This document shows, piece after piece, positions 9,701-17,133 of a DNA stretch of 64,000 nucleotides. The first letter of the stretch is position 1, and each line of letters opens with the position of its first letter. Under the pieces are notes generated by a model. The model did no database searches. It was not told the DNA's origin and was given only the letters and a program-made list of their open reading frames with translations. The position numbers were made by a program, and so were the translations under genes. Source of the DNA: Spirochaetia bacterium (GTDB lineage Bacteria > Spirochaetota > Spirochaetia > SZUA-6 > Bin103); NCBI GenBank assembly GCA_965208575.1, contig CBDBOV010000005.1, positions 1,088,001-1,152,000 of the forward strand, read 5' to 3'.

Positions 9701-10529
9701 TGCCGACGTTCCCCGGCCCCGGCGTACCCGAGAAGGTGCGGGTGCCCGGCGTGAAGGTCAGCCACGACGGCAGCGCCGTGTTGTTGGGCTTGGTGGCTTT
9801 GTATTTCAGCGTTTGGCCGGAGGCCGCGACCGCGAACGTGCTGGCCGGGAAGGCGTAGCTGAACGCCGTGCCCGCCAGCGCCGCCCGGTCCGGGATGGCG
9901 TTCGCCAACGTGGGCCTGACTCTGGCGTAGCCGAGGACCTCCATCTTGATGGACGCGCCGCCGCTTTCGCTGCCTGCCATTTTGCCAGTATTCCCAATGC
10001 TCCAGCCCGCGGCGCCGCCGCTGTCCTCGTTGTCGCTCTGGGTTGCGTCAACACGGACCTTGGCGCCGAAGAGCTGCACCCAGTACGTCGTGTTGGGACT
10101 CAGTGAGCCGCTCCCGACGAACAGTGCGTTCTGAAAGGAACCGGACAGGGCCGGACTCCGCGGCGTGGTAATGAGGGTGCCGGCGCGGCCCCCCTGGCGT
10201 ATCGTCATATCGTAAGAGCCGGGGGAACTAGTTGCCCGCTTGGCTACGAGCTTCACGCCCCGCAATACATAGCCCAAGGCGTTGCTGCCGGTCGTGAACG
10301 ACGTGTCCGTGCTAGCGAAAGTGATGTTGCCGTCGCCCCACGACGTCTGGCCGAGGTTGGAGACCAGCTTGGCCGTGGTCTGCGCCTCGGCGGTGTGCGC
10401 GCCCGGCAGCAGGAACAGCGCCGCCGCGAGCAGGCACACGCCCAGCGGCGCGAGGCGGGCGAGGCCGGGAGGCCGGAGTCGGGAAAGAAAGCGGGGAGGC
10501 GATGCGGAAAGAATGGACGGGGCCGTCAC
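3777..10529 (-). CDS. Large autotransporter adhesin: variable N-terminal domain, 9 cadherin-like/putative Ig repeats, 2 FN3-like domains, SwmB-like and PKD-like domains, C-terminal beta-barrel
   Basis: Signal-like LLAAALFLLPGAHTAEA; nine APTVANAIPD...LPSWLTF...FSGTP repeats; PVADAGAD..LDGTGSTDPDG PKD motif; WSVWGRG/LYPYGRW/LTPFVE barrel motifs. Confidence 0.85.
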   Translation of the reverse strand: MTAPSILSASPPRFLSRLRPPGLARLAPLGVCLLAAALFLLPGAHTAEAQTTAKLVSNLGQTSWGDGNITFASTDTSFTTGSNALGYVLRGVKLVAKRATSSPGSYDMTIRQGGRAGTLITTPRSPALSGSFQNALFVGSGSLSPNTTYWVQLFGAKVRVDATQSDNEDSGGAAGWSIGNTGKMAGSESGGASIKMEVLGYARVRPTLANAIPDRAALAGTAFSYAFPASTFAVAASGQTLKYKATKPNNTALPSWLTFTPGTRTFSGTPGPGNVGRLSVKVTALYGVDVKSDTFDIVVKSSNNAPTVANAIPDQDADTGTAFSFAFPANTFADTDSGDTLGYTATKSDGTALPSWLTFTPSTRTFSGTPQTANVGTVSVKVTASDGIASVSDTFDIFVEPTPPCTAKNNPDVQREHFSATSTATTITVTYISQGPTAFRFELCTSGSSTVTSTTLGRNPTHTFTGLTVDTDHWVRIFHGGTSLWQHIRTANAAPTVANAIPDRVAVAGTAFSYAFPADTFADTDSGDTLTYTTTKSDGTALPSWLTFTAGTRTFSGTPQSANIGTLSVKVTASDGTASVSDTFDIVVKASNNAPTVANAIPDQAAEAGTAFSYAFPANTFADADSGDTLGYTATKSDGNALPSWLTFTAGTRTFSGTPQTANVGTLSVKVTASDGTASVSDTFDIVVRTSVPCAASSSPHVRAEHFSLISTATTIAVSYIRQGLSSFRFELCTSGSSTVTETGWTNNVKHTFTGLTVNTDYWVRIKHTTGVAPSVWKHIRTVNVAPTVANAIPDRVAVAGTAFSYAFPADTFADADSGDTLTYTATKSDGTALPSWLTFTAGTRTFSGTPQSANIGTLSVKVTASDGKASVSDTFDIVVKTSNNAPTVANAVPDQAAVAGTAFSYAFPANTFADKDTGDTLVYSATKSDGTALPSWLTFTASTRTFSGTPQTANAGTLPVKVTASDGTASVSDTFDIVVKASNTAPTVANAIPDRKAVAGTAFSYAFPANTFADTDTGDTLTYTPTKFDGSALPVWLTFTPGTRTFSGTPQSANAGTLSVKVTASDGFASVSDTFDIVVKASNTAPTVANAIPDRGAVAGTAFSYAFPANTFADTDTGDTLTYTPTTPDGGALPSWLTFTAGTRTFSGTPQSADAGTLSVKVTASDGFASVSDTFNIVVKASNSAPTVANAIPDQTAAAGTAFSYAFPANTFADADSGDTLTYTATKSDNSALPSWLSFTAGTRAFSGTPAAGDAGTLSVKVTASDGFGGTVSDTFDIVVAASNNAPTVTGVAIWSTPSLDTDDSGTPETYGQTEKIRVQVTFSEAVTVTGTPRLTIKMDPNYGEIRANYESGSGSTVLTFAHTVVDPNRSSVGIAVLENTLALNGGTIRAGTVNAVLGHAGLAHDAGHKVDWRIAGTPQQPPQPPQPRDTTPPRVSAAPTVDGATLTIVFDERLAGGAVPPAAFEVMVGGGDRVTPSAVEGDRVQGPAQGHGARGGDRVTPSAVEVDNRVTPGKVTLTLPAAVAHGETVEVRYTRPAAHDTRLRDVAGNAVADFTRTVTNETPAPPPGSPVADAGADLAVDPGASVTLDGTGSTDPDGEVLTYAWSRVSGAAVTLFATAARTTFRAPERPGALEFQLTVTDPGGLSDSDRVTVTVRDLAPSFGAARVPSLVLVPGEAMAPVVLPEATGGNGALSYALTSDPAGLAGLSVDAATRTLSGTPAAEAAGRYVFTWRADDADDNRADADAAVLTFAVAVIDPRTAQVKRAVRHTLAAVAHQVLTSALGNIGARFAASVPASGLTLAGETVPFEVSGAGAGLAAREQACAPGSAGGHRLGPVGGGAARDGCAPVAERSRTGEVSELLPASAFSLTLGAAEGSGISSPSPLWSVWGRGDLGAFAGRPEAGMRYEGELRTGWLGIDVRVGPWVAGLAVSHGTGETDYRFDGAAGSGDGRLETELTALYPYGRWTLADGLELRGVLGAGRGVARHRLDGGEWETGGLTMGMASAGVRYGLPTLATVDLAVRADASIARMVTEDGPDYVDGLTADSWRARLGLEASRRIALHGDTALTPFVEAAGRQDGGDGLEGTGLEVAGGLRLEAPRLHIEARGRWLAAHSEEGAEERGLSMTARMGPGAHGRGLSLMLSPRWGAGTGGAEALWRDELPTAAGAPPGDAGALDARIGYGVGAASHGLLTPFAEAGLADDDWRLRLGTRFEAEHMNLGVELAGEHREGGAAGPEQMLKLDLKLRH
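6008..6118. repeat. Exact 36-bp direct repeat flanking a 39-bp insert
   Basis: CCTCGACCGCCGACGGGGTGACGCGGTCGCCGCCGC at 6008-6043 and 6083-6118; unique 39 bp between. Confidence 0.9.
6670..9915 (-). repeat. Nine ~300-bp intragenic repeats (cadherin-like/putative Ig domains)
   Basis: Near-identical units with 300-bp period (e.g. 6925/7225/7525/7825), interrupted twice by FN3-like domains. Confidence 0.9.
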
Positions 10530-10573
10530 GACGGCGCGTCCGGCAGGTGCCGAGCGGGCGCACCGGTGGGCTC

Positions 10574-10592
10574 GGGGGGGGGGGGGGGGGGG
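10574..10592. repeat. G19 homopolymer (C19 on coding strand) at the 5' end of the autotransporter
   Basis: 19 consecutive G, lying between ATG 10618 and GTG 10529. Confidence 0.95.
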
Positions 10593-10849
10593 ATTATGCC
10601 GTCGGTAAGGCCTGCCATGTCAAGCTGTTTCCGCGCTTCGCTCACCATCATTCGCCTGCTCCCCGGCCGGCAACGCCAACACTCTGCTCACGCGGCATCG
10701 GCGCGGCGCTGCAACACGCAGGGCAACCCGATTGAATCTTACCACTTTGCACGTCGATATTGTGTGAAAGATACGTGAATATTTTGCGATTTTGCGTGTC
10801 AATTTAGGGATTTAGGAGGGGTATTCGATATATCTCAGGCCGCGACCGA

Positions 10850-11050
10850 GACGGCAGCCGCCGGCAGCGAGGTGAGCGTGGGCGGATTCTCCATCGAGCA
10901 GTTGCTCCAAAGCGGCGAGACGATACGCGCCGGAGGAGGTGGTGCTGTCGGTGCCCGACGGGCGCAGCGTGCGGGCGCTGGTCAACGCCACGCCGATCCG
11001 CGCCGGGGAGGGGAATGCCATCGGCTCGGTGGCGGTGACCGTGCAGGACC
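10850..11050 (+). pseudogene. Frameshifted PAS/PAC sensor-domain remnant
   Basis: GETIRA / EEVVLSVPDGRSVRALVNATPIRAGEGNAIGSVAVTVQD across a frameshift near 10931; no complete ORF. Confidence 0.6.
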
Positions 11051-11083
11051 GGGCCGGGTTCGCCGCGGCTCGTCCAGCTCGCG

Positions 11084-11860
11084 CTAGTGCATGGTGGAGC
11101 CGCCGGACAGGTTGAGGGCCTGGCCGGTCATGCCGCGGGCGGCGTCGGAGGCGAGATAGACCGCCAACTCGGCGATCTCCTCCGGCTCCAGCAGGCGGCC
11201 CATCGGGTTGATGTTGGCCTCGACTTCGGCCACCGGCGCGCCGCGCAACTCCGCGTCCACCTTGAGGCGCCGCAGCATCATGACGGTGCGGGTGGCGCCG
11301 GGGCAGATGGCGTTGACCGTCACGCCGGTGCCGGCCGTTTCCAGGGCGGCGGTGCGGGTCAGGCCGATCAGGCCGTGCTTGGTAGCGGTATAGGCGCCGC
11401 CGGCCAGCAGGCCGCGCTTGCCCGCCACCGAGGCCATGTTGATCACCCGGCCCCAGCCCCGCTCGATCATCGCCGGCACCAGCGCCTTGGCGAGCAGGTA
11501 GGGCGCCGTCAGGTTGATTGCCAGGCTCAGGTCCCAGAAGGCGTCGTCATAGTCGACGATGCGGTGCGGGGAAGCGTTGCTGCCGATGCCGGCGTTGTTC
11601 ACCAGGATGTCGACCGCCGGAAAGTGGCTTGCCACCCGTTCCGGTAGCGCGATCGCCGCGGCGCGGTCGCTCAGGTCGACCTCCAGGGCCGCCGCGGAGC
11701 GGCCCAGGGCGGTAACTTCCGCCGCCACCTGTTCGATCTCCGCGGCGGTGCGCGCCGTCACCGCCACGTCCGCCCCCTCGCGGGCGAACGCCAGCGCGAC
11801 GGCGCGTCCGATGCCGCGTCCCGCGCCGGTTACCAGCGCGACTTTGTCCTGCAGTCTCAT
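11084..11860 (-). CDS. SDR family oxidoreductase
   Basis: TGAGRGIG, NNAG and YTATK motifs. Confidence 0.9.
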   Translation of the reverse strand: MRLQDKVALVTGAGRGIGRAVALAFAREGADVAVTARTAAEIEQVAAEVTALGRSAAALEVDLSDRAAAIALPERVASHFPAVDILVNNAGIGSNASPHRIVDYDDAFWDLSLAINLTAPYLLAKALVPAMIERGWGRVINMASVAGKRGLLAGGAYTATKHGLIGLTRTAALETAGTGVTVNAICPGATRTVMMLRRLKVDAELRGAPVAEVEANINPMGRLLEPEEIAELAVYLASDAARGMTGQALNLSGGSTMH

Positions 11861-12019
11861 GACCCGGCATTGAACCATCTTCGCCGTTGCGACAGAAGTA
11901 CCTGCCGTGTTGTGCGCCGCGGTGTGGGTGGCGGTCGACCGTGGTGATGGCGCAGCGGTTGACGAACATGGCCACCAGTGGGGATCGTGCGGGCACCATG
12001 GCTGATCGGGTAGTGAGGT

Positions 12020-12130
12020 TTTTCGCCGAAGTGCTGGCGCCCGGCGACCCGGAGCGGCGCGCCCGCACGGCCCGCTCCCGTGACGGCATCACCCTGCCCG
12101 CTGACGTGTGGCAAGCGCTGAATGACACCT
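12020..12130 (+). pseudogene. C-terminal remnant of Ldh_2 (malate/lactate/ureidoglycolate) dehydrogenase
   Basis: EVLAPGDPERRARTARSRDGITLPADVWQAL resembles the conserved Ldh_2 C-terminus; remainder absent. Confidence 0.5.
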
Positions 12131-12179
12131 CCGCCGCCGTAGGGGCGGCCGCGCCGCAGGTCGGCCGTGAACGCGGCCA

Positions 12180-12215
12180 TTGCCAAGAGGAAAGAAAGGA
12201 AGTAAGATATCCTTG
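12180..12215 (+). promoter_or_regulatory. Sigma70-type promoter with overlapping operator for the TA operon
   Basis: TTGCCA-17bp-TAAGAT; AAGGA-N9-TCCTT inverted repeat over the -10 box; GGAGG RBS downstream. Confidence 0.6.
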
Positions 12216-12245
12216 CTGTAGCCGTGTGGCTCAGGGAGGTGCTTC

Positions 12246-12470
12246 GTGGTCGCCAAGCTCACGTCAAAGAATCAGCTTACGCTGCCGAGGGCGGTCGTCG
12301 CTAACTTTCGCGGATACGAGTATTTCGAAGTCGGCCAAGAACATGGACGCATTCTGCTGACCCCGGTGCGGCTCAACCGCGCCGCCGCCGTGCGTGCCAA
12401 GCTGGCTGAACTCGGTGTTTCGGAAGGTGACCTCGCCGATGCCGTGGAGTGGGCGCGAACGGCTGACTGA
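12246..12470 (+). CDS. AbrB/MazE/SpoVT family antitoxin
   Basis: AKLTSKNQLTLPR swapped-hairpin motif; upstream of a PIN gene. Confidence 0.85.
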   Translation: MVAKLTSKNQLTLPRAVVANFRGYEYFEVGQEHGRILLTPVRLNRAAAVRAKLAELGVSEGDLADAVEWARTAD

Positions 12471-12475
12471 TCCCG

Positions 12476-12889
12476 GTGCGGGTGGTAATGGACACCAATG
12501 TCCTCCTCTCGGCGCTCCTGTTCCCGTCCGCGTCGCTGTCGTGGCTGCGTGAGGCTTGGCAGTCCAATCTCATCGTCCCGTTGGCAAGCCGCGTCACGAT
12601 CTCGGAGTTGTTGCGGGTCCTGCACTACCCGAAGTTCCGCTTGACCGCCGCTGAACGGGAGGACCTGCTGGCGGACTACCTGCCCTGGGTCGAGTCGGTG
12701 GTGGTGTCGACGCCACCCGCCGTCCCGCCGTGCCGTGATCCGAAGGATCGTCCGTTCCTGGAGCTGGCGCTGGCCGGCAACGCTGACGTGCTCGTAACCG
12801 GCGACGGCGACCTGCAGGATCTGGCCAGTCGTTTCGCAGTTCCGATTCTCGCACCCGCTGCCGCGAAGGCTCGCCTCGTGCAGGAGTGA
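12476..12889 (+). CDS. PIN-domain (VapC-like) toxin
   Basis: VVMDTNVLLSAL, CRDPKDRPFLELA, LVTGDGDL. Confidence 0.9.
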   Translation: MRVVMDTNVLLSALLFPSASLSWLREAWQSNLIVPLASRVTISELLRVLHYPKFRLTAAEREDLLADYLPWVESVVVSTPPAVPPCRDPKDRPFLELALAGNADVLVTGDGDLQDLASRFAVPILAPAAAKARLVQE

Positions 12890-12913
12890 GGATCGCTTCC
12901 GACGCGACCGAGT

Positions 12914-14566
12914 TCAACGACGCGGCTGGCGGGTGCCCATCGGTTCGAGGCGGCAGCCGTCGACGAATACTTCGAAGAAGTCGGAGGCGGTCTCCAACTC
13001 TACGTGCTCGATTCCGGCGACCAGCTCTTCCAGGGCGCGCCGCCTGGACACCGACAGCAGCACCTCGCGGGTGCCGCGCAGGGCGGCGTTGCCGATCTTG
13101 ACGATCCGATGTTCGGCTACCGGCGCCAGGAACCCGATGTCGATGGCGCTGTGCACGTCCACGTAGTTGGCGAAGCCGCCGGCCAGGTACAGGCGGTCCA
13201 CCTCGTGCGGCGCCACGCCGAGGGCTCGCGTGACGATGAGCTGTCCGCAGTAGTTGGCCGCCTTGGCCTGCGCCAGGTTGCTGGCGTCCAGGCGTGAGAA
13301 GGTGATGCCGTACTCCGGCACCACCGCGACTTCCCTGGCGCGGCGGTCGTGGGTGAACACGCCCTTGGCGGTCATCTTGCCGTGGCGGCGCAACTCGGCG
13401 AGCAGGTCGATCAGGCCGGATCCGCAGATGCCTTCCGGGGCGGCCTCGCCGATGGTGTGGTAGCGGAACCGGTCGCCGCACCAGCGCAGCCGCTCGATGG
13501 CGCCCTCGTAGGCGGGCATGCCGTAGCCCACCAGGCCGCCCTCGAACGCCGGCCCGGCGGGGCAGGAGGCGGCGATCATGCGTCCGTCCAGGTTGGCCAC
13601 CACCTCGGTGTTGGTGCCCACGTCGACCAGCATCGTCAGGCCGCTCTGTCCCGCCATGTCCATCGCCACCAGGTCGGCCGCGGTGTCGGCGCCGACGTGG
13701 CTGGCGATCAGCGGCAGGCCGTACACGCGCGCCTGCGGATGGACGATCAGGCCGAGCGGGCGCGGCAGGCTGGACAGCGCGGTGGTGGTGCGCTCGCCGT
13801 CCCGGAACTGGTGCTCGACGTGCGACTTGTACGGTTTCTGACCGAGCGTTTGCACGTCGATGCCGAACACCAGGTCGCGCATGGTGGAGTTGCCGGCGAT
13901 GGCGATTTCGTAGATCTGCCGCCGCCTGGTGCCGAGCTCCCGCCCGATGTCCACGATGGCGCTGTTGATGCCGCTGACGATGGCCGCCTGCAGCTCGCCG
14001 CGGAACGCGCCGCCGTCGTAGGAGACGCGGTTCATGATGTCGCTGCCGGCGAACAGTTGCGGGTTCCCGAACGAGCTCACCTGCAGCGTGTCGCCGTTCT
14101 CCAGGTCGACCAGCTCCATGGCAACGGTGGTGGTGCCCACGTCCACGGCCAGGCCGAGCATGCGCCCGTGGTAGCGGTCGATGGGTTCGCCGTCCAGGTA
14201 GACGCCGTCGCCGCGGCGCGTCACCGCCGGGTCGATCGCCGCCGCGCCAGTGTACCCGGGCGCGGCGGAGACGCCGGCCGTGAGCACGCGCGGCTGGCGG
14301 CGCAGCGGCGCGAATTCGATGTCGGTACCGGCGTTCTCCACCACCGCCTGGCAGGCGAGGCGAAACGGGTCGCGCAGGAATTGCTCCGCCTCGGTGCGCT
14401 CGCACAGCGCCGCCATGCCGGCCTCGACCTGTACCACGCACTCGTGGCAGGTGCCGGCACGCCCGCACGAGGTGGCGACGCGCACGGCCAACTCGTCGGC
14501 GTAGTCGAACACGGTCCGGCCGCGCTTCAGTTCGCGTACGTCGTTGTCGTGAGTGATGGTACCCAT
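12914..14566 (-). CDS. ASKHA-domain reductive activator of corrinoid proteins (RACo/DUF4445) with N-terminal 2Fe-2S domain
   Basis: SCGRAGTCHEC...RLACQ ferredoxin; DVGTTT, DVGTNTE, AGPAFEG, GICGSG, LAGGFA, GNAAL motifs. Confidence 0.9.
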   Translation of the reverse strand: MGTITHDNDVRELKRGRTVFDYADELAVRVATSCGRAGTCHECVVQVEAGMAALCERTEAEQFLRDPFRLACQAVVENAGTDIEFAPLRRQPRVLTAGVSAAPGYTGAAAIDPAVTRRGDGVYLDGEPIDRYHGRMLGLAVDVGTTTVAMELVDLENGDTLQVSSFGNPQLFAGSDIMNRVSYDGGAFRGELQAAIVSGINSAIVDIGRELGTRRRQIYEIAIAGNSTMRDLVFGIDVQTLGQKPYKSHVEHQFRDGERTTTALSSLPRPLGLIVHPQARVYGLPLIASHVGADTAADLVAMDMAGQSGLTMLVDVGTNTEVVANLDGRMIAASCPAGPAFEGGLVGYGMPAYEGAIERLRWCGDRFRYHTIGEAAPEGICGSGLIDLLAELRRHGKMTAKGVFTHDRRAREVAVVPEYGITFSRLDASNLAQAKAANYCGQLIVTRALGVAPHEVDRLYLAGGFANYVDVHSAIDIGFLAPVAEHRIVKIGNAALRGTREVLLSVSRRRALEELVAGIEHVELETASDFFEVFVDGCRLEPMGTRQPRR

Positions 14567-14582
14567 GCCGCGGGCCGGCGAT

Positions 14583-14870
14583 TCAGCTTGCGTCGGCGTC
14601 GCAGGACGGGTCGGTTTCCCACGCGCCGCGGTAGTCGAGCTTGTCGTCGCCGCCGCACATCAGGAGCTCGCCGCCGGGGCGCGGCCGGCGCTGGTTGCGG
14701 CAGCCGAACTTGGCCGTGCACTCGTCGTGGCGGTTCTTGTACGGGCAGCGGAAGCTGGCCTGCACCATGGCGTGATCGGCCATTGCGGACAGGATGGTGC
14801 TGAGCCGTTCGCGCCGCCGCTCCCATGCCGCCGCGTCCACTTCACGGGCACCGTGCGAGCGCTCACTCAC
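14583..14870 (-). CDS. Small Cys-rich hypothetical protein in the corrinoid operon
   Basis: RCPYKNRHDECTAKFGCRNQ..CGGDDKLDYR; coupled to neighbours; start GTG 14870 inferred. Confidence 0.65.
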   Translation of the reverse strand: MSERSHGAREVDAAAWERRRERLSTILSAMADHAMVQASFRCPYKNRHDECTAKFGCRNQRRPRPGGELLMCGGDDKLDYRGAWETDPSCDADAS

Positions 14871-15288
14871 TGCTGCGGAACCCATGCCAGCCTGGCACCG
14901 CCGCCGCCTGCCGGATCCACTCCGCCATCTGGCGCTCGTCGAGCTTGCCTTCGTAGATGTCGACCCAGCGTCCGTCCGGGTCCTTGCCGGAACCGGGTGG
15001 CTCAGGATGCAGCGCCGCACCGTTGAAAAAGGTCACCTTCACGTAGCGGGTCAGGACGTGGTAGCTCGCGAACCATCCCTGGCCCGCGACGCCGTAGAAC
15101 GGCGAGTTCCACCGCACCGCCTTGCACACGTCCGGCACGATTCGCACGATGAGGTCGTCGAGCCGGCGCCCGACGGCGCTCTTCCAGCCCGGCATGGCCG
15201 CGATGTAGGCCTGCACCGGCGCGTCGCCGTCGGCCTTGGCGATCTGCGGGTTGCCGCCCGACAGAAGGACCGGTTTTCCGTCAATCAT
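14863..15288 (-). CDS. DUF1801 (YdhG-like) protein
   Basis: LLSGGNPQIAKADGDAPVQAYIAAMPGWK, KAVRWNSPFYG. Confidence 0.8.
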   Translation of the reverse strand: MIDGKPVLLSGGNPQIAKADGDAPVQAYIAAMPGWKSAVGRRLDDLIVRIVPDVCKAVRWNSPFYGVAGQGWFASYHVLTRYVKVTFFNGAALHPEPPGSGKDPDGRWVDIYEGKLDERQMAEWIRQAAAVPGWHGFRSSE

Positions 15289-16036
15289 CCTCGCTCTCCG
15301 CCAACAATCGCTTGGCCAGTTCCACGCACGCGACCGCGTCCTTGCCGTAACCGTCGGCGCCCATGTCGTCGGCGAACTCCTGGGTTACCGGCGCGCCGCC
15401 CACCATGATCTGCACGTCGTCGCGCATGCCGGCGTCGATGAACGCCTCGATGGTACGCCCCATGTTGGGCATGGTGGTGGTGAGCAGGGCCGACATGCCC
15501 ATCAGCTCCGCCTCGTTCTCCTCTACCGCGTCCAGGAACTCGTCCGGCGCGGTGTCCACGCCGAGGTCGATCACCTCGAAACCGGCGCCGCGCAGCATCA
15601 TGATGCACAGGTTCTTGCCGATGTCGTGCAGGTCGCCCTTCACCGTGCCCATGATCACCTTGGCGATCGACTCGATGCCGGACGCCGACAGGATCGGCTC
15701 GATGTGCGCCATGCCCGCCTTCATGGCCCGCGCGCAGGACAGCACCTCGGGTACGAAGATGATGTTCTCCCGGAACTTGATGCCGACGATGCCCATGCCG
15801 GCGATCAGACCGTCGTCCATGATCTCGGTGGCCTCGACGCCGCCGTCGAGTTGCTGCCGGGTAATCTCGTCCACCACGTCGTCGTCGCCTTCGATCAGCC
15901 CGGCCGCCATCTCCTGCAGCTCGGGGCGCACCGCCGCGAAGATGTCGATCATGCGCTGCCGCTCGTCGGGGCGCTCGATGAACTGCTCGATCTCCTCGCG
16001 GATGAACTCGTTGTCTACGTCGCTCAACTCTGCCAT
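15281..16036 (-). CDS. Corrinoid (B12-binding) protein, MtbC/MttC-like
   Basis: GTVKGDLHDIGKN (DxHxxG), SALLTTT, MVGGAP. Confidence 0.92.
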   Translation of the reverse strand: MAELSDVDNEFIREEIEQFIERPDERQRMIDIFAAVRPELQEMAAGLIEGDDDVVDEITRQQLDGGVEATEIMDDGLIAGMGIVGIKFRENIIFVPEVLSCARAMKAGMAHIEPILSASGIESIAKVIMGTVKGDLHDIGKNLCIMMLRGAGFEVIDLGVDTAPDEFLDAVEENEAELMGMSALLTTTMPNMGRTIEAFIDAGMRDDVQIMVGGAPVTQEFADDMGADGYGKDAVACVELAKRLLAESEDD

Positions 16037-16055
16037 CTGTCGGTTATCCGTCCTG

Positions 16056-17105
16056 TCAGCCGCGGCCGTGGCCGTTGCCGCCCGAGTGCGCATCGTGCCA
16101 CTCGCGCACCGCCGCGGGAATCGCGCGCAGGTTGTCCAGCGGGGTCTGCAGCGGAATGGCGCACTCGGGTCCGATCAAAGGTACTCCCGCATCGAGGTTC
16201 TCGAACACCTCGGCGCGCACTTCTTCCGGGCCGCGCGCGAACAGGGTCTCCGGGTTGTTGATGTTGCCGACCAGGGCGATGCGGTCGCGCACCAGTTCCA
16301 TCGCCTGCGCCGGGTTGTTCTTGGAGTCGTAGTGAAAGGCCGCGAAGCCGGTCTGTGCGATCGCCGGCATGCGGTCCAGGGTCTTGCCGCAGATGTGCAT
16401 GATCAGCGGCACCGGCAGTTGCTCGGCGAACTCCTTGTGCAGGTCGCGCAGGTAGCGGCTGTACCACTCGCCGCTCACCAGGTCGCCGGTGGCGTGGTCG
16501 GGCAGCGTCAGGGCGTCGGCGCCGGCTTCGATCTGCGCAATCCCGAAGTCCACCGTAGCCTTCTTGAGGCGGTCCAGGATCAGCTTGGTCTTGCCGGGGT
16601 CGTCGAGCGACAGCAGCAGGAACATCTCCACGCCGAAGCAGTGGTAGGCGAGCGACCACGGCCCCATGGTCTTGCCGACAATCGCCACCTCGTCGCCGTA
16701 GTCGCGCTTCAGGATCCGAATCGACTCCATCACGCACGCGGTGTCGGGGTGGGTGAGGAAGTCGGGCGGAATGTGGATGTCGTCGGCGTCCTGCCAGATC
16801 GGCTCGCTCATCTTTACCGTCGGCCAGTTGTCCTTCTGCTCCCACTGGATCTTGCAGCCCAGGGCCGAAGAGTCCTGGATGATGCTGAACACCGGCATGA
16901 TGGTGTCGAAGCCGAGCTCGGTGTAGCCGGTGGCGGCGAGCCGCGCCATCAGCTCGCCGTCGCGGTTGGCGTCCGGGAACGGTGCGTCCACCAGGTCCAT
17001 CAGCTCCACGGTGGCCACCGAGGTGGGATTGCAGAGCGGGGTGCGATCCACCGGCTCCCCGGCGAGCGCGGCGAGCACGCGTTGGCGTCCGTTCATCTGT
17101 GTCAT
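16056..17105 (-). CDS. MtaA/CmuA family methylcobamide methyltransferase (URO-D fold)
   Basis: GPWSLA, QIEAGAD, HICG, GNINN, GPECAIP motifs. Confidence 0.85.
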   Translation of the reverse strand: MTQMNGRQRVLAALAGEPVDRTPLCNPTSVATVELMDLVDAPFPDANRDGELMARLAATGYTELGFDTIMPVFSIIQDSSALGCKIQWEQKDNWPTVKMSEPIWQDADDIHIPPDFLTHPDTACVMESIRILKRDYGDEVAIVGKTMGPWSLAYHCFGVEMFLLLSLDDPGKTKLILDRLKKATVDFGIAQIEAGADALTLPDHATGDLVSGEWYSRYLRDLHKEFAEQLPVPLIMHICGKTLDRMPAIAQTGFAAFHYDSKNNPAQAMELVRDRIALVGNINNPETLFARGPEEVRAEVFENLDAGVPLIGPECAIPLQTPLDNLRAIPAAVREWHDAHSGGNGHGRG

Positions 17106-17133
17106 CGGCAACCTCTCCTTGCTTGTCGCCGGC

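Noticed and set aside
6051-10106. Long plus-strand and alternate-frame ORFs over the autotransporter
   Set aside because: Shadow ORFs caused by high GC3 and repeats; Arg/Gly-rich with no motifs.
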